Notes: generated from the sequence alone by a model not told the origin. 26,519 nucleotides of DNA from an uncultured Bacteroidaceae bacterium (GCA_964596865.1 CAZQVW010000002.1:1-26519), one strand, 5' to 3'. Counted from the stretch's first letter, positions 1 to 11,715 are shown. Numbers and translations: made by a program.

Positions 1-55
1 GAGCACTGGTCTCCAAAACCAGGTGTCGGGAGTTCGAGCCTCTCTTCCCGTGCCA
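1..55 (+). tRNA. trnW: tRNA-Trp (CCA), 5'-truncated by the window edge
   Basis: Anticodon arm CTGGT-CTCCAAA-ACCAG (6-22, anticodon CCA at 13-15), T-arm GGGAG-TTCGAGC-CTCTC (28-44), encoded 3' CCA at 53-55. Lies directly before secE, as in the conserved tuf-trnW-secE-nusG order. Confidence 0.95.
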
Positions 56-68
56 AATAATTAAGAGT

Positions 69-260
69 ATGCTTAAGAAGTTTATCAACTACTGCAAGAA
101 TTCTTACGAAGAATTAGCCCACAAAACCACGTGGCCTTCTCGCAAAGAACTCACTCACAGCGCTCTGGTTGTATTAACAGCTTCCATAATCATTGCGTTG
201 GTGGTGTTCTGTATGGACAAGGTCTTCCAGTTTGTGATGACTACTATTTATCCTCATTAA
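69..260 (+). CDS. secE: Preprotein translocase subunit SecE
   Basis: 63 aa with the SecE motif ELAHKTTWPSRKEL followed by one hydrophobic TM segment; sits between trnW and nusG. Confidence 0.95.
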   Translation: MLKKFINYCKNSYEELAHKTTWPSRKELTHSALVVLTASIIIALVVFCMDKVFQFVMTTIYPH

Positions 261-281
261 TCTGTGTTTACGAAAGGCGCT

Positions 282-815
282 ATGGCAGAAATGAAATGGT
301 ATGTGCTTCGTACAATGACAGGCAAGGAGCTTAAGGTCAAGGAGTATATCGATGCCGCTGTTGGCAAAGGTTTGCTCCATGGCTATGTAGGTCAGACACT
401 GGTGCCGACGGAAAAGGTGGTGCAGGTGCGCTCCGGCAAACGTGTTGTGAGCGAACGAGTGATGTACTCCGGCTATGTGTATGTTCAGGCAGCAATGGTC
501 GGCGAGGTGGCATCCACCCTGCGCAATATGCCGAATGTCTTTGGAATCCTGGGCGGTTTAGACCACCCCGAGGAGGTAAGGCAGTCGGATATAGACCGTA
601 TGTTGGGAGCCGCCGAGCAGGAGAACGAGGATTTGAACGCCGATGTCTCTTTCTTGGTAGGTGAACAGGTCAAGGTTACTGAAGGGCCGTTCAGCAATTT
701 CAATGGAATTGTCAATGAAGTCAATTTGGAGAGAAAGAAGCTGACGGTGCTGGTGAAGGTTTTCGGCCGCGAGACGGCTTTGAACCTTGGTTTCGGGCAA
801 GTTGAGAAACTTTAG
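282..815 (+). CDS. nusG: Transcription termination/antitermination factor NusG
   Basis: NGN-domain start KWYVLRT..GKE, GYVYV, and C-terminal KOW domain VGEQVKVTEGPFSNFNGIV..VKVFGRET. ATG at 282 preferred over GTG at 264. Confidence 0.96.
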   Translation: MAEMKWYVLRTMTGKELKVKEYIDAAVGKGLLHGYVGQTLVPTEKVVQVRSGKRVVSERVMYSGYVYVQAAMVGEVASTLRNMPNVFGILGGLDHPEEVRQSDIDRMLGAAEQENEDLNADVSFLVGEQVKVTEGPFSNFNGIVNEVNLERKKLTVLVKVFGRETALNLGFGQVEKL

Positions 816-872
816 TGTGTAATGTTACGTACACGCCAAAGTGTCTCGCTAACTATTAAATATTAAAACAAA

Positions 873-1316
873 ATGGCTAAAGAAGTTGCTGGAATAATCA
901 AATTACAGATTAAGGGCGGCGCAGCCAATCCTTCTCCTCCTGTGGGTCCGGCGTTGGGTTCTAAGGGACTTAACATTATGGACTTCTGCAAGCAGTTTAA
1001 TGCGCTCACGCAGTCCAAGGGTGGTAAGGTTTTGCCTGTTGTCATCACTTATTATGCTGACAAGAGCTTTACATTTGTTATTAAGACTCCTCCCGCAGCA
1101 GTTCAGCTTTTGGAAGCAGCCAAGGTAAAGGGTGGCTCTGCCGAGCCAAACCGCAAGAAGGTTGGATCCGTGAGCTGGGATCAAGTCAAGGCTATTGCCG
1201 AAGACAAGATGCAGGATTTGAATTGCTTTACCGTGGAGAGTGCTATGCGACTGGTAGCCGGTACTGCCCGCAGTATGGGTATAACCGTTAAGGGTGAATT
1301 TCCCGCAAACAACTAA
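873..1316 (+). CDS. rplK: 50S ribosomal protein L11
   Basis: [36 protein letters not shown]; 147 aa. Confidence 0.99.
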   Translation: MAKEVAGIIKLQIKGGAANPSPPVGPALGSKGLNIMDFCKQFNALTQSKGGKVLPVVITYYADKSFTFVIKTPPAAVQLLEAAKVKGGSAEPNRKKVGSVSWDQVKAIAEDKMQDLNCFTVESAMRLVAGTARSMGITVKGEFPANN

Positions 1317-1328
1317 AATCTTCAAACA

Positions 1329-2024
1329 ATGAGCAAACTTACTAAAAATCAGAAGTTGACCGCAGGGAAGATTGAAGCAGGGAAGAGCTATACTTTGGCA
1401 GAGGCTGCGGCCCTGCTTAAGGAGATCACCACTACCAAGTTCGATGCTTCCGTAGACATGGATATCCGTCTGGGTGTGGATCCCAGAAAAGCCAATCAGA
1501 TGGTTCGCGGTGTGTGTACTTTGCCAAACGGTACGGGTAAGACTGTGCGCGTTTTGGTATTGTGTACGCCCGACAAAGAAGCTGATGCAAAGGCTGCAGG
1601 CGCCGATTACGTGGGTCTTGATGAATATATCGACAAGATCAAAGGTGGCTGGACTGATGTTGATGTCGTAATCACTATGCCCTCTGTGATGGGCAAGCTG
1701 GGCCCGTTGGGACGTATTCTTGGTCCGCGTGGCTTGATGCCAAACCCCAAGAGTGGTACTGTTACTATGGATGTAGCTAAGGCTGTATCTGAGGTGAAAG
1801 CTGGTAAGATAGATTTTAAGGTAGACAAGAGCGGTATCGTTCATGCTTCTATCGGCAAGATTTCTTTCCCTGCCGAAAAGATTGCTGAAAATGCCAGTGC
1901 TTTCCTTTCCACTATTATCAAGCTGAAGCCTGCTACTGCCAAAGGCACTTATATGAAGAGCGTTTTCATCTCAACTACGATGAGTAGAGGCCTCAAGGTT
2001 GATCCAAAAACTCTTACTGAATAA
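1329..2024 (+). CDS. rplA: 50S ribosomal protein L1
   Basis: [39 protein letters not shown]; 231 aa. Confidence 0.99.
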   Translation: MSKLTKNQKLTAGKIEAGKSYTLAEAAALLKEITTTKFDASVDMDIRLGVDPRKANQMVRGVCTLPNGTGKTVRVLVLCTPDKEADAKAAGADYVGLDEYIDKIKGGWTDVDVVITMPSVMGKLGPLGRILGPRGLMPNPKSGTVTMDVAKAVSEVKAGKIDFKVDKSGIVHASIGKISFPAEKIAENASAFLSTIIKLKPATAKGTYMKSVFISTTMSRGLKVDPKTLTE

Positions 2025-2038
2025 CAAACGCGTCAATC

Positions 2039-2554
2039 ATGAGAAAAGAAGATAAAAACGTAGTTATAGCCAATTTGGGCGAACTGCTTCAAAAATACCC
2101 TCATTTCTATGTTGTAGACTCTGAGGGTCTCAATGCTCAGCAGACCACTGATTTGCGTCGCATGTGCTTTAAGCAGAATATTAAGATGGTAATCGTCAAG
2201 AATACTCTGTTTAAGAAAGCTCTTGATGCCGCAGAGACAGATTTCAGCCCTCTGTATGATTCGCTGAAAGGTACAACGGCTATTCTCTTTAGTGAGGTGG
2301 CTAATGTGCCGGGCAAGATGCTGAAGAAAAACACTAAGACCGGTATCAAGGGGCTTAAGGCTGCATACGCCGAGGGCGGTTTCTTTGGTGCAGACCAGTT
2401 GGATGCTCTTGCTTCTCTTAAGAGCAAGGACGAATTGGTGGCCGATGTTGTGGCTTTGCTTCAGTCTCCTATCAAGAATGTTGTGTCTGCTCTCCAATCG
2501 GGTGCAAACAATATCCATGGAGTCCTAAAGACTTTGAGCGAGCGCGCCGAATAG
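2039..2554 (+). CDS. rplJ: 50S ribosomal protein L10
   Basis: GLNAQQTTDLRR, VKNTLFKKAL, LASLKSKDELVA..LLQSPI; located between rplA and rplL. Confidence 0.97.
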   Translation: MRKEDKNVVIANLGELLQKYPHFYVVDSEGLNAQQTTDLRRMCFKQNIKMVIVKNTLFKKALDAAETDFSPLYDSLKGTTAILFSEVANVPGKMLKKNTKTGIKGLKAAYAEGGFFGADQLDALASLKSKDELVADVVALLQSPIKNVVSALQSGANNIHGVLKTLSERAE

Positions 2555-2614
2555 GGTGTGTTGCTTAGAGCATCATCATTAACAATTTGTATAAACATTT
2601 AATTAGAAATAAAA

Positions 2615-2995
2615 ATGGCAGATATTAAAGCTATTGCTGAAGAATTGGTTAATTTGACAGTAAAAGAAGTAAACGAGTTGGTTACCGTTTTGAAAGAGGA
2701 TTATGGCATTGAACCTGCAGCTGCTGCTGTTGCTGTTGCCGGTCCTGCAGCTGGCGGCGAGGGTGCTGAGGCTGCTGAGGAGAAGACCTCTTTTGATGTT
2801 GTATTGAAGAGCGCTGGTTCAGCCAAACTTCAGGTTGTGAAAGCCGTGAAGGAAGCTTGTGGCCTGGGCTTGAAGGAAGCCAAGGAGCTCGTAGACGCTG
2901 CTCCTAAGGCAGTGAAAGAGGGCGTTTCCAAGGATGACGCCGAGGCTCTGAAGAAAGCCATCGAAGCTGCTGGCGGTGAAGTAGAGATTAAGTAA
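2615..2995 (+). CDS. rplL: 50S ribosomal protein L7/L12
   Basis: [10 protein letters not shown], Ala-rich hinge, [34 protein letters not shown]. Confidence 0.99.
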   Translation: MADIKAIAEELVNLTVKEVNELVTVLKEDYGIEPAAAAVAVAGPAAGGEGAEAAEEKTSFDVVLKSAGSAKLQVVKAVKEACGLGLKEAKELVDAAPKAVKEGVSKDDAEALKKAIEAAGGEVEIK

Positions 2996-3020
2996 TCTCT
3001 CGTTATAAAGCATACTAAAC

Positions 3021-3058
3021 GGTTAGGAATCCTCTGGTAGGGGGTTCTTAACCTTTTT
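3021..3058 (+). terminator. Intrinsic terminator/attenuator between rplL and rpoB
   Basis: Stem GGTTAGGAATCCTCT (3021-3035), loop GGT, AGGGGGTTCTTAACC (3039-3053; complementary with G-U pairs), then TTTTT. Confidence 0.85.
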
Positions 3059-3155
3059 GTGTCCTAATGTATAGGAACGATTTCTGCTTGCAAAACAGAT
3101 GAAATTCCTTTTCTAAGTTCCATCTCTATTTTTTTCTCAATCGACAAAGCGTTTT

Positions 3156-6100
3156 ATGTCTCAACTTATTAACGGTAGAATTAACTTTGCGTCCATCAGA
3201 AAGCCGGTGCCTTATCCGGATTTCCTTGATGTGCAGCTAAAGTCTTTTCGGGATTTCTTTCAATTAGACACCCCTCCCGAACAGCGCAAAAACGATGGCC
3301 TTTATAAGGTCTTTGCGGAGAATTTCCCTATCTCGGATACGCGTAACAATTTTGTGCTGGAGTTTTTGGACTATTATATTGATCCGCCGCGCTATAGTGT
3401 GGAAGAGTGCCTAATCAACGGCCTCACATATAGTGTGCCCCTTAAAGCCAAGCTCAAGCTCTATTGTACAGATCCTGATCACGAGGATTTTGACACCCAG
3501 ATTCAGGATGTCTTCTTAGGCCCAATTCCTTATATGACAGACAATGGTACGTTTGTCATCAATGGTGCCGAACGCGTTGTCGTATCTCAGCTCCACCGTT
3601 CGCCAGGCGTATTCTTCGGTAGTTCCATCCATTCAAATGGTACCCAGCTATATTCTGCCCGTATCATTCCGTTCAAGGGCTCATGGATAGAGTTTGCCAC
3701 CGATATTAATAATGTGATGTACGCCTACATCGACCGCAAAAAGAAGTTGCCTGTAACCACTTTGCTTCGCGCTATTGGTTTTGGCACTGACAAGGACATC
3801 CTGAATGTTTTTGATTTGGCCGAGGAGGTGAAGGTGAGCAAAGCCAACCTTAAGAAATATCTTGGTCGCAAGATTGCTGAACGTGTGCTCAATACATGGC
3901 AGGAGGATTTTGTGGACGAAGACACAGGTGAGGTCTCCTCAATCTCAAGAAGTGAGATTATCGTGGAGCGCGAAAGTGTGCTGGACGAGGAGAACGCCGA
4001 GAAAATTCTGGAGAGCGGCACCAAAAAAATCCTCTTACATAAAGAAGATGAGTCTGCCACTGACTATTCTGTTATTTTCAATACTCTTCAGAAGGATAGT
4101 AGCAACTCCGAGATTGAAGGCGTATATACAGTCTACCGCTCTTTGAGAAACGCAGATCCTGCCGATGATGCCAGTGCGCGCGAGGTTATCAACAACCTCT
4201 TTTTCTCCGACCGCCGTTACGACTTGGGCGAGGTGGGACGCTTCCGTATCAATAATAAATTAGGTCTCCACACAGACATGAGCGTTCGTGTCCTTACAAA
4301 AGAGGACATTGTGGAGATTATCAAATATCTGGTAAAGCTGATTAACGCCAAGGCTCAGCTCGATGATATTGACCACTTGAGCAACCGCCGTGTGCGCACC
4401 GTGGGCGAGCAGTTGGCTAACCAGTTTTCTATAGGTTTGGCTCGTATGAGCCGCACCATTCGCGAGCGCATGAACGTGAGGGATTATGAGGTCTTTTCGC
4501 CTACTGATCTTATCAACGCCAAGACGGTTTCATCGGTAATAAACTCTTTCTTTGGCGCCAACCCCTTGTCGCAGTTTATGGACCAGACCAATCCTTTGGC
4601 TGAGGTAACGCATAAGCGCCGTTTGTCTGCCTTGGGTCCCGGTGGTCTTACCCGTGATCGCGCCGGTTTTGAGGTGCGCGATGTACACTATACTCACTAT
4701 GGTCGTCTTTGCCCGATTGAGTCGCCTGAAGGCCCAAATATCGGTCTGATTTCTTCTCTTTGCGTATATGCAAAGATTAATGACCTTGGCTTCATTGAGA
4801 CTCCTTATCGCAAGGTGAAAGACGGTAAGGTGGATCTGAAAAACGAGGACATTGTCTATCTTTCTGCCGAGGAAGAAGACGGCAAGGTTATTGCCCAGGG
4901 CAATGCACCGCTTAATGAAGACGGCACATTTGTGCGCAAGGTGGTGAAATGTCGTCAGGATGCCGATTATCCTGTAGTGCCGCCATCACAGGTGGAGCTT
5001 ATGGATGTGGCTCCCCAGCAGATTGCCTCTATCGCAGCCGCCCTCATCCCGTTCTTGGAGCATGATGATGCTCACCGTGCGTTGATGGGCTCAAACATGA
5101 TGCGTCAGGCCGTACCTTTGATTTCTACAGAGCAACCTATCGTTGGCACCGGTATAGAAAAGCAGGTTTGCGAGGATTCGCGCACGATGATTACGGCCGA
5201 AGGCGATGGCGTTATTGAATATGTGGACGCCGCAAAGATAGTCATCCGTTATGATCGCACAGAGGACGAGGAATTTGTCAGCTTTGACAGTGCAGTGAAG
5301 GAATACAAGATTCCCAAGTTCCGTCGTACCAACCAGAATATGACCATCGACCTCCGTCCTATCTGTCATAAGGGCGATAAGGTGAAGAAGGGCGACATCC
5401 TCACTGAGGGCTACGCCACCTCTCAAGGTGAGTTGGCTCTTGGACGCAATCTTTTGGTGGCTTATATGCCTTGGAAGGGCTACAACTACGAGGATGCTAT
5501 CGTTTTGAACGAGCGTATGGTAAGGGAAGACATCCTTACATCCGTTCATGTGGACGAATACTCCTTGGCTGTGCGCGAAACTAAGCGCGGGCAGGAGGAG
5601 TTTACTTCCGATATTCCAAACGTGAGCGAGGAAGCCACCAAAGACCTTGATGAAAATGGTATCGTGCGTATTGGTGTTCGCGTGGAGCCGGGCGATATTC
5701 TTATTGGTAAGATAACTCCTAAGGGTGAAAGCGATCCTTCGCCCGAGGAGAAATTGTTGCGCGCCATCTTCGGCGACCGTGCCGGTGATGTGAAAGACGC
5801 ATCGCTCAAGGCAAACCCATCGCTTTCCGGCGTTATTATTGATAAACGCATATTTGCTCGTGCAGTCAAGACACGTACTTCTCGCGCCGACGACAAGAAG
5901 AAATTGCAGGCAATCCAAGACGAGTTTGATAACGGCGTGGCCGAATTAAAGAATACCCTTATTTCTAAGCTCCTTATCCTTACCGAGGGTAAGACCTCTG
6001 TTGGGGTAAAGAATAATTTGGGAGAAACAGCTATTGACAAGGGCGCCAAGTTTACTGAGGCCTTGCTCAAGACAATTGACTATTCGTCTATCCAATTGAG

Positions 6101-6965
6101 CCGTTGGACAAACGACAATCATACCAACGAACTCATCTCTGCTCTCATCTTGAATTATCTGAAGAAGTATAATTTGAAGGACGCCGAGCTCAAGCGTAAG
6201 AATTTCGCGGTTACCATCGGTGATGACCTGCCCTCCGGCGTGCTCCAGTTGGCAAAGGTCTACGTTGCCAAGAAGCGCAAGATTGGCGTAGGCGACAAGA
6301 TGGCCGGACGCCATGGTAACAAGGGTATTGTGTCCAAGATTGTAAGGCAGGAGGATATGCCGTTCCTGGAGGATGGTACTCCCGTTGATATTGTGCTCAA
6401 CCCTCTGGGTGTGCCTTCGCGTATGAATCTTGGCCAAATCTTTGAGGCGGTATTGGGCTATGCCGGTGCCAAATTGGGAGTGAAGTTTGCTACCCCCATC
6501 TTTGACGGTGCTTCGCTAAACGACTTGGAGGAATGGACAGAAAAAGCAGGCTTGCCGCATTTGGGTTCCACGCAGCTTTATGACGGCGCCACCGGTGAGA
6601 AGTTTGACCAGAAAGCCACTGTGGGTGTAACCTATATGCTTAAGCTGGGCCACATGGTGGAAGATAAGATGCACGCCCGCTCTATTGGCCCGTACTCCTT
6701 CATCACCCAGCAGCCCTTGGGCGGTAAGGCTCAATTTGGCGGTCAGCGTTTCGGAGAGATGGAGGTCTGGGCTTTGGAGGCCTTTGGCGCTGCTCATGTG
6801 CTTCAGGAAATGCTCACCATCAAGTCTGACGACGTGAATGGTCGTGCCAAAGCCTACGAAGCAATTGTGAAAGGCGACCCCATTCCCGCTCCTGGCATTC
6901 CTGAATCGCTCAATGTGTTGCTGCAAGAATTGCGCGGCTTGGGCTTGAGCATTAAGTTGGATTAA
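3156..6965 (+). CDS. rpoB: DNA-directed RNA polymerase subunit beta
   Basis: 1269 aa; [64 protein letters not shown]. Confidence 0.99.
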   Translation: MSQLINGRINFASIRKPVPYPDFLDVQLKSFRDFFQLDTPPEQRKNDGLYKVFAENFPISDTRNNFVLEFLDYYIDPPRYSVEECLINGLTYSVPLKAKLKLYCTDPDHEDFDTQIQDVFLGPIPYMTDNGTFVINGAERVVVSQLHRSPGVFFGSSIHSNGTQLYSARIIPFKGSWIEFATDINNVMYAYIDRKKKLPVTTLLRAIGFGTDKDILNVFDLAEEVKVSKANLKKYLGRKIAERVLNTWQEDFVDEDTGEVSSISRSEIIVERESVLDEENAEKILESGTKKILLHKEDESATDYSVIFNTLQKDSSNSEIEGVYTVYRSLRNADPADDASAREVINNLFFSDRRYDLGEVGRFRINNKLGLHTDMSVRVLTKEDIVEIIKYLVKLINAKAQLDDIDHLSNRRVRTVGEQLANQFSIGLARMSRTIRERMNVRDYEVFSPTDLINAKTVSSVINSFFGANPLSQFMDQTNPLAEVTHKRRLSALGPGGLTRDRAGFEVRDVHYTHYGRLCPIESPEGPNIGLISSLCVYAKINDLGFIETPYRKVKDGKVDLKNEDIVYLSAEEEDGKVIAQGNAPLNEDGTFVRKVVKCRQDADYPVVPPSQVELMDVAPQQIASIAAALIPFLEHDDAHRALMGSNMMRQAVPLISTEQPIVGTGIEKQVCEDSRTMITAEGDGVIEYVDAAKIVIRYDRTEDEEFVSFDSAVKEYKIPKFRRTNQNMTIDLRPICHKGDKVKKGDILTEGYATSQGELALGRNLLVAYMPWKGYNYEDAIVLNERMVREDILTSVHVDEYSLAVRETKRGQEEFTSDIPNVSEEATKDLDENGIVRIGVRVEPGDILIGKITPKGESDPSPEEKLLRAIFGDRAGDVKDASLKANPSLSGVIIDKRIFARAVKTRTSRADDKKKLQAIQDEFDNGVAELKNTLISKLLILTEGKTSVGVKNNLGETAIDKGAKFTEALLKTIDYSSIQLSRWTNDNHTNELISALILNYLKKYNLKDAELKRKNFAVTIGDDLPSGVLQLAKVYVAKKRKIGVGDKMAGRHGNKGIVSKIVRQEDMPFLEDGTPVDIVLNPLGVPSRMNLGQIFEAVLGYAGAKLGVKFATPIFDGASLNDLEEWTEKAGLPHLGSTQLYDGATGEKFDQKATVGVTYMLKLGHMVEDKMHARSIGPYSFITQQPLGGKAQFGGQRFGEMEVWALEAFGAAHVLQEMLTIKSDDVNGRAKAYEAIVKGDPIPAPGIPESLNVLLQELRGLGLSIKLD

Positions 6966-6992
6966 AACACCTCTTTTACTTCATAAAATATC

Positions 6993-9900
6993 ATGGCATT
7001 TAAGAAAGAAACCAAACCAAAGACTACGTTCTCGAAGATAACCATTGGTCTTGCCTCTCCCGAGGAGATCCTTGAACGTTCCAGGGGCGAAGTCACCAAG
7101 CCAGAGACTATCAATTACCGCACCTACAAGCCCGAGAGAGATGGCTTGTTCTGCGAAAAGATTTTCGGCCCCGTAAAAGACTATGAATGTAATTGCGGTA
7201 AATATAAGCGTATCCGCTATAAGGGCACTGTCTGCGACCGTTGTGGTGTAGAGGTAACCGAAAAGAAGGTGCGCCGTGAGCGCACGGGACATATCACGTT
7301 GCAGGTGCCCGTGGCTCATATCTGGTATTTCCGTACCCTGCCCAGCAAGATGAGCTATCTGCTGGGTATCCCCACCAAACAGTTGGAGAAGATTATATAC
7401 TATGAGCAGTATGTGGTTATTAACCCTGGTATCTTTGCTCCTACAGGCGAGGACGATACTCGCAAGATGGACGAGGGCGTGCTCCGCAAACTGGATTATC
7501 TGACCGAGGAAGACTATCTTACATTTGTGGATCGTCTGCCGGAGGGTAATGCCCAGTTGGACGACAACGACCCAGCCAAATTCATCGCAAAGATGGGCGC
7601 TGAAGCCATCTACGATTTGTTGGCAGGACTGGATTTGGATAAGATGTCCTATGAACTGCGCGACCGTGCTCATAATGACACCTCCCAGCAGCGTCGTACC
7701 GAGGCCCTCAAGCGCCTGCAGGTGGTGGAGGCTTTCCGTTCCAGCCGAAATATCAACCGTCCCGAATGGATGGTGCTGAAAGTGCTGCCGGTTACCCCGC
7801 CTGACCTCCGCCCTCTTGTGCCACTCGATGGTGGCCGCTTCGCTACTTCCGATCTCAACGACCTCTATCGTCGTGTGCTTATCCGCAACAATCGCTTGCG
7901 CCGCTTGATAGAGATCCATGCCCCCGAGGTGATTCTTAGGAACGAGAAGCGTATGCTTCAGGAGGCTGTAGACTCGCTCTTAGACAACTCCCGCAAGAGT
8001 TCGTCGGTGAAGAGCGAGAGCAATCGCCCGCTCAAATCGTTGAGCGATTCGCTGAAAGGCAAACAAGGTCGTTTCCGCCAGAATTTGTTGGGAAAGCGTG
8101 TGGACTATTCCGCCCGTTCCGTGATTGTGGTGGGTCCCGAATTGAATATGGGCGAATGCGGTATCCCCAAACTGATGGCTGCCGAGCTGTATAAACCGTT
8201 TATTATCCGCCGCCTCATAGAGCGCGGTATTGTGAAGACGGTGAAGAGCGCTAAGCGCATCATAGATCGCAAAGACCCTGTTATCTGGGATATTCTGGAG
8301 TTTGTTATGCGCGGCCACCCCGTATTGCTCAACCGTGCCCCGACGCTCCACCGTCTGGGTATTCAGGCTTTCCAACCCAAGATGATTGAGGGCAAAGCTA
8401 TTCAGCTCCACCCGCTGGCATGTACGGCATTCAATGCCGACTTTGACGGAGACCAGATGGCTGTACACCTTCCTCTTAGCAACGAAGCTATCATCGAGGC
8501 ACAGACCCTTATGCTTCAGAGCCATAATATTCTCAATCCTGCCAACGGTGCGCCGATTACTGTGCCTTCGCAGGATATGGTGCTCGGCCTCTATTATATC
8601 ACCAAATATCGCCCGGGAGCTAAGGGTGAAGGCCTCACTTTTTATGGCCCCGAAGAGGCTATTATTGCCTATAATGAGAAACAGGTAGATATCCACGCCA
8701 TCGTGAAAGTGAAGGTGCAGGATTTGAACGATGCCGGCGAACTGGTGCCCACCCTGGTGGAGACTTCCGTGGGCCGTGTGATCTTCAATGAGATTGTGCC
8801 CAATGAGATTGGCTATGTCAATACTATTATTTCCAAAAAATCGCTGCGCGATATTATCGCCAAGGTAATCAAGAGCGTGGGTATGGATCGCGCTTGCAAA
8901 TTCTTGGACGGTATCAAGAACCTCGGTTACAAGATGGCCTATGAGGGCGGGTTGAGCTTCAACCTCGACGACATCATTATCCCTAAGGAGAAAGCCGAGA
9001 TCGTTCAGCAAGGTAATGACGAGGTAGACCAAATTACTGCCAACTATTCTATGGGTTTCATTACCGACACCGAGCGTTATAATCAGGTAATCGATACATG
9101 GACTCATGTTAATAATAAACTGAAGAAGACCCTCATGACACAGATGACGGAAGCCGATCAGGGCTTCAACTCTGTCTTCATGATGCTGGATTCCGGTGCG
9201 CGTGGTAGTGCCGACCAGATTGCACAGTTGGCTGGTATGCGTGGTCTGATGGCCAAGCCGCAGAAAGCCGGTGCCGAAGGTGCGCAGATTATTGAAAACC
9301 CAATCCTTTCCAACTTTAAGGAGGGTATGTCTGTGTTGGAGTACTTTATCTCCACCCACGGTGCCCGTAAGGGTTTGGCTGATACGGCTTTGAAGACGGC
9401 CGATGCCGGTTACCTCACCCGCCGCCTTGTGGATGTGGCTCACGATGTCATCATCACCGAGGAGGATTGCGGCACGTTGCGTGGATTGGAGTGCACAGCC
9501 TTGAAAGACGGCGACGAGATAATTTCTTCGCTGGGCGAGAGAATTTTAGGCCGCGTGTCTGTTCACGACATCATTCATCCCGCTACGGGCGAGTTTATCC
9601 TGCCCGCCGGAGAGGAAATCACAGAAGATATTGTAGCCAAGATAGAGGCTTCGCCTATCGAGATGGTGGAGATTCGTTCCGTATTGACTTGCGAGAGCAA
9701 GCATGGCGTTTGCCAGAAGTGCTATGGCCGCAATCTTGCCACCAGTAAGATGGTACAGCTGGGCGAGGCCGTGGGCGTTATCGCCGCACAGTCAATTGGT
9801 GAGCCTGGTACACAGCTTACTCTGCGTACATTCCACGCCGGTGGTATTGCCTCCAACGCTGCAGCCAATGCCACGGTGGTAGCCAAGCACAAGGCCCGCC

Positions 9901-11297
9901 TTGAATTTGACGAGCTCCGCACGGTAGACACCGTCAATCAGGACGGCACCCCCGGACAGGTGGTTGTGGGCCGTTTGGCAGAGGTGCGTCAGGTGGACGA
10001 GAACACCGGTATCGTGCTCTCCACCCAGAATGTGCCCTACGGTTCCAATCTCTTTGTGCATGATGGAGATGTGGTGGAGCCCGGCACTGTGATTGCCCAG
10101 TGGGATCCTTTCAACGCTGTTGTTGTTAGTGAATTTCCCGGAAAAGCAAAATTCGAGGGTGTCAAAGAAGGCGTTACTTATCGTGTGGAGGTGGACGAAG
10201 CCACTAATCTGCGCGAAATGATTATCACTGAGAGCAAGGAACGCTCACTTGTGCCCGTCTGCCATATCGTTGGCGACAATGGCGAAGAGCTCCGCACTTA
10301 CAACCTGCCCATCGGCGGCCACGTAGTGGTGCAAGACGGAGCGGAGATTAAGCCCGGTGAGATTCTTGTGAAGATTCCGCGCGCCGTAGGCAAGGCCGGC
10401 GATATTACCGGTGGTCTGCCCCGTGTTACAGAGCTCTTTGAAGCACGTAATCCCAGCAACCCCGCTGTGGTTAGTGAAATCGATGGTGAGATTACCATGG
10501 GCGCTATCAAGCGTGGCAACCGCGAGATTATCGTAACTCCAAAGGTGGGTGATGCCAAGAAGTATCTTGTGCCGCTCAACCGCCAGATTCTTGTGCAGGA
10601 AAACGACTTTGTTCGTGCCGGCACTCCGTTGAGCGAAGGTTCTATCACGCCGGCGGATATTCTGGCTATCAAGGGCCCCACTGCTGTGCAGGAATATATT
10701 GTTAATGAGGTGCAGGATGTGTATCGTCTGCAGGGCGTGAAGATCAACGACAAGCATTTTGAGGTGATTGTACGCCAGATGATGCGCAAGGTGCGTATTA
10801 TGGATGCTGGCGACACCAATTTCCTCGAGGACGACCTTGTGGATAAGATTGATTTCTCGGAGGAGAACGATCGTATCTGGGGAAAGAAGGTGGTTACCGA
10901 TGGTGGCGACAGCCAGACCATGAAGCCCGGTATGATTGTTACTGCGCGCAAGTTGCGTGATGAGAATTCCTACCTTAAACGCCGCGACCTCAAGACAGTG
11001 CAAGTGCGCGATGCCATGCCTGCCACGTCTTCGCAGGTATTGCAAGGTATCACGCGAGCAGCTCTTCAGACGTCCAGCTTTATGTCCGCCGCCTCCTTCC
11101 AGGAGACCACGAAGGTGCTCAACGAGGCCGCTATTAGGGGTCGCGTAGACTATCTGCAGGGCATGAAAGAAAACGTTATCTGCGGCCACCTCATTCCCGC
11201 CGGCACCGGTCTGCCTCTGTTCCGCGATATTATCGTGGGCAGCAAGGACGAATACCAGGAGAGCATAGAGCCCAGCTATTCCGAGCCCGAATTTTAA
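6993..11297 (+). CDS. rpoC: DNA-directed RNA polymerase subunit beta'
   Basis: 1434 aa; Zn finger CNC..CDRC, catalytic [47 protein letters not shown]. Confidence 0.99.
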   Translation: MAFKKETKPKTTFSKITIGLASPEEILERSRGEVTKPETINYRTYKPERDGLFCEKIFGPVKDYECNCGKYKRIRYKGTVCDRCGVEVTEKKVRRERTGHITLQVPVAHIWYFRTLPSKMSYLLGIPTKQLEKIIYYEQYVVINPGIFAPTGEDDTRKMDEGVLRKLDYLTEEDYLTFVDRLPEGNAQLDDNDPAKFIAKMGAEAIYDLLAGLDLDKMSYELRDRAHNDTSQQRRTEALKRLQVVEAFRSSRNINRPEWMVLKVLPVTPPDLRPLVPLDGGRFATSDLNDLYRRVLIRNNRLRRLIEIHAPEVILRNEKRMLQEAVDSLLDNSRKSSSVKSESNRPLKSLSDSLKGKQGRFRQNLLGKRVDYSARSVIVVGPELNMGECGIPKLMAAELYKPFIIRRLIERGIVKTVKSAKRIIDRKDPVIWDILEFVMRGHPVLLNRAPTLHRLGIQAFQPKMIEGKAIQLHPLACTAFNADFDGDQMAVHLPLSNEAIIEAQTLMLQSHNILNPANGAPITVPSQDMVLGLYYITKYRPGAKGEGLTFYGPEEAIIAYNEKQVDIHAIVKVKVQDLNDAGELVPTLVETSVGRVIFNEIVPNEIGYVNTIISKKSLRDIIAKVIKSVGMDRACKFLDGIKNLGYKMAYEGGLSFNLDDIIIPKEKAEIVQQGNDEVDQITANYSMGFITDTERYNQVIDTWTHVNNKLKKTLMTQMTEADQGFNSVFMMLDSGARGSADQIAQLAGMRGLMAKPQKAGAEGAQIIENPILSNFKEGMSVLEYFISTHGARKGLADTALKTADAGYLTRRLVDVAHDVIITEEDCGTLRGLECTALKDGDEIISSLGERILGRVSVHDIIHPATGEFILPAGEEITEDIVAKIEASPIEMVEIRSVLTCESKHGVCQKCYGRNLATSKMVQLGEAVGVIAAQSIGEPGTQLTLRTFHAGGIASNAAANATVVAKHKARLEFDELRTVDTVNQDGTPGQVVVGRLAEVRQVDENTGIVLSTQNVPYGSNLFVHDGDVVEPGTVIAQWDPFNAVVVSEFPGKAKFEGVKEGVTYRVEVDEATNLREMIITESKERSLVPVCHIVGDNGEELRTYNLPIGGHVVVQDGAEIKPGEILVKIPRAVGKAGDITGGLPRVTELFEARNPSNPAVVSEIDGEITMGAIKRGNREIIVTPKVGDAKKYLVPLNRQILVQENDFVRAGTPLSEGSITPADILAIKGPTAVQEYIVNEVQDVYRLQGVKINDKHFEVIVRQMMRKVRIMDAGDTNFLEDDLVDKIDFSEENDRIWGKKVVTDGGDSQTMKPGMIVTARKLRDENSYLKRRDLKTVQVRDAMPATSSQVLQGITRAALQTSSFMSAASFQETTKVLNEAAIRGRVDYLQGMKENVICGHLIPAGTGLPLFRDIIVGSKDEYQESIEPSYSEPEF

Positions 11298-11380
11298 GGT
11301 TTCATATTTCCTTTGTGGGGTAGGGCGCTCCGTTTTATCGTGAGTGTGTTCCTTTCGCCCCGCTAAAGTAAAAGATATTC

Positions 11381-11419
11381 AAAAGCCTGACTTCCATTTT
11401 TGGAGGTCAGGCTTTTTTT
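11381..11419 (+). terminator. Intrinsic terminator downstream of rpoC (likely bidirectional)
   Basis: AAAAGCCTGACTTCCA (11381-11396), loop TTTT, TGGAGGTCAGGCTTTT (11401-11416) plus further Ts; an A-tract on the left and a T-tract on the right. Confidence 0.92.
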
Positions 11420-11500
11420 ATCCCTAATCGGTCATGAGGCTTTCCTATATTTCTAATTATTGGTGCCGTGCAAAATAATAAATGCGTTTGCTGTGGCGTT

Positions 11501-11544
11501 GTAGGGGCGAATGAGCAGCGTAGCGGCGTGTTTCCCGTCCCTAT
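11501..11544 (+). repeat. GTAG-type REP-like imperfect inverted repeat
   Basis: GTAGGGGCG (11501-11509) pairs with CGTCCCTAT (11536-11544, using G-T pairs). GTAGGGGCG is also present at 15604 (+) and 17855 (-). Confidence 0.5.
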
Positions 11545-11602
11545 ATGGCTCAAAGAAAGCCCATATATGGCTCAAAGAAAGCTCCTATATGGCTCAAAGA
11601 AA
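11539..11602. repeat. 22-bp tandem repeat, 3 copies
   Basis: Identical 17-bp core TATATGGCTCAAAGAAA at 11542, 11564 and 11586 (period 22); copy 2 contains the palindrome CCATATATGG (11561-11570). Confidence 0.95.
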
Positions 11603-11667
11603 TGCGTTCTTTTCTTTCCTACACCAACAATTACCAAATGCTGAACTTTTTTCAGCTGCTTTGTATA

Positions 11668-11692
11668 AAACCCGCCCCAATAGGGCGGGTTT
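11668..11692 (-). terminator. Hairpin, probable terminator of the transporter gene
   Basis: AAACCCGCCC (11668-11677), loop CAATA, GGGCGGGTTT (11683-11692), a perfect 10-bp stem 23 nt beyond the transporter stop codon; only a short U-tract on the minus strand. Confidence 0.65.
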
Positions 11693-11715
11693 GGCACGCT
11701 TATTTTTGGACTTTC

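Noticed and set aside
4560-4635. RpoB rifampicin-resistance region as a possible resistance allele
   Set aside because: Residues equivalent to E. coli Q513, D516, H526 and S531 are wild type (SQFMDQ..THKRRLS); the LAEVTH variant looks like normal Bacteroidota sequence.
903-11189. Long antisense ORFs over rplK/rplA, rpoB and rpoC (e.g. 903-1844, 5091-5918, 6981-7919, 7980-9443, 10245-11189)
   Set aside because: They lie entirely opposite highly conserved essential genes, have no recognisable motifs, and are the expected shadow of strong codon bias.
11311-11368. Imperfect hairpin directly after rpoC as a possible ncRNA
   Set aside because: Pairing needs several bulges and G-U pairs and matches no RNA family I recognise; a better terminator follows at 11381.
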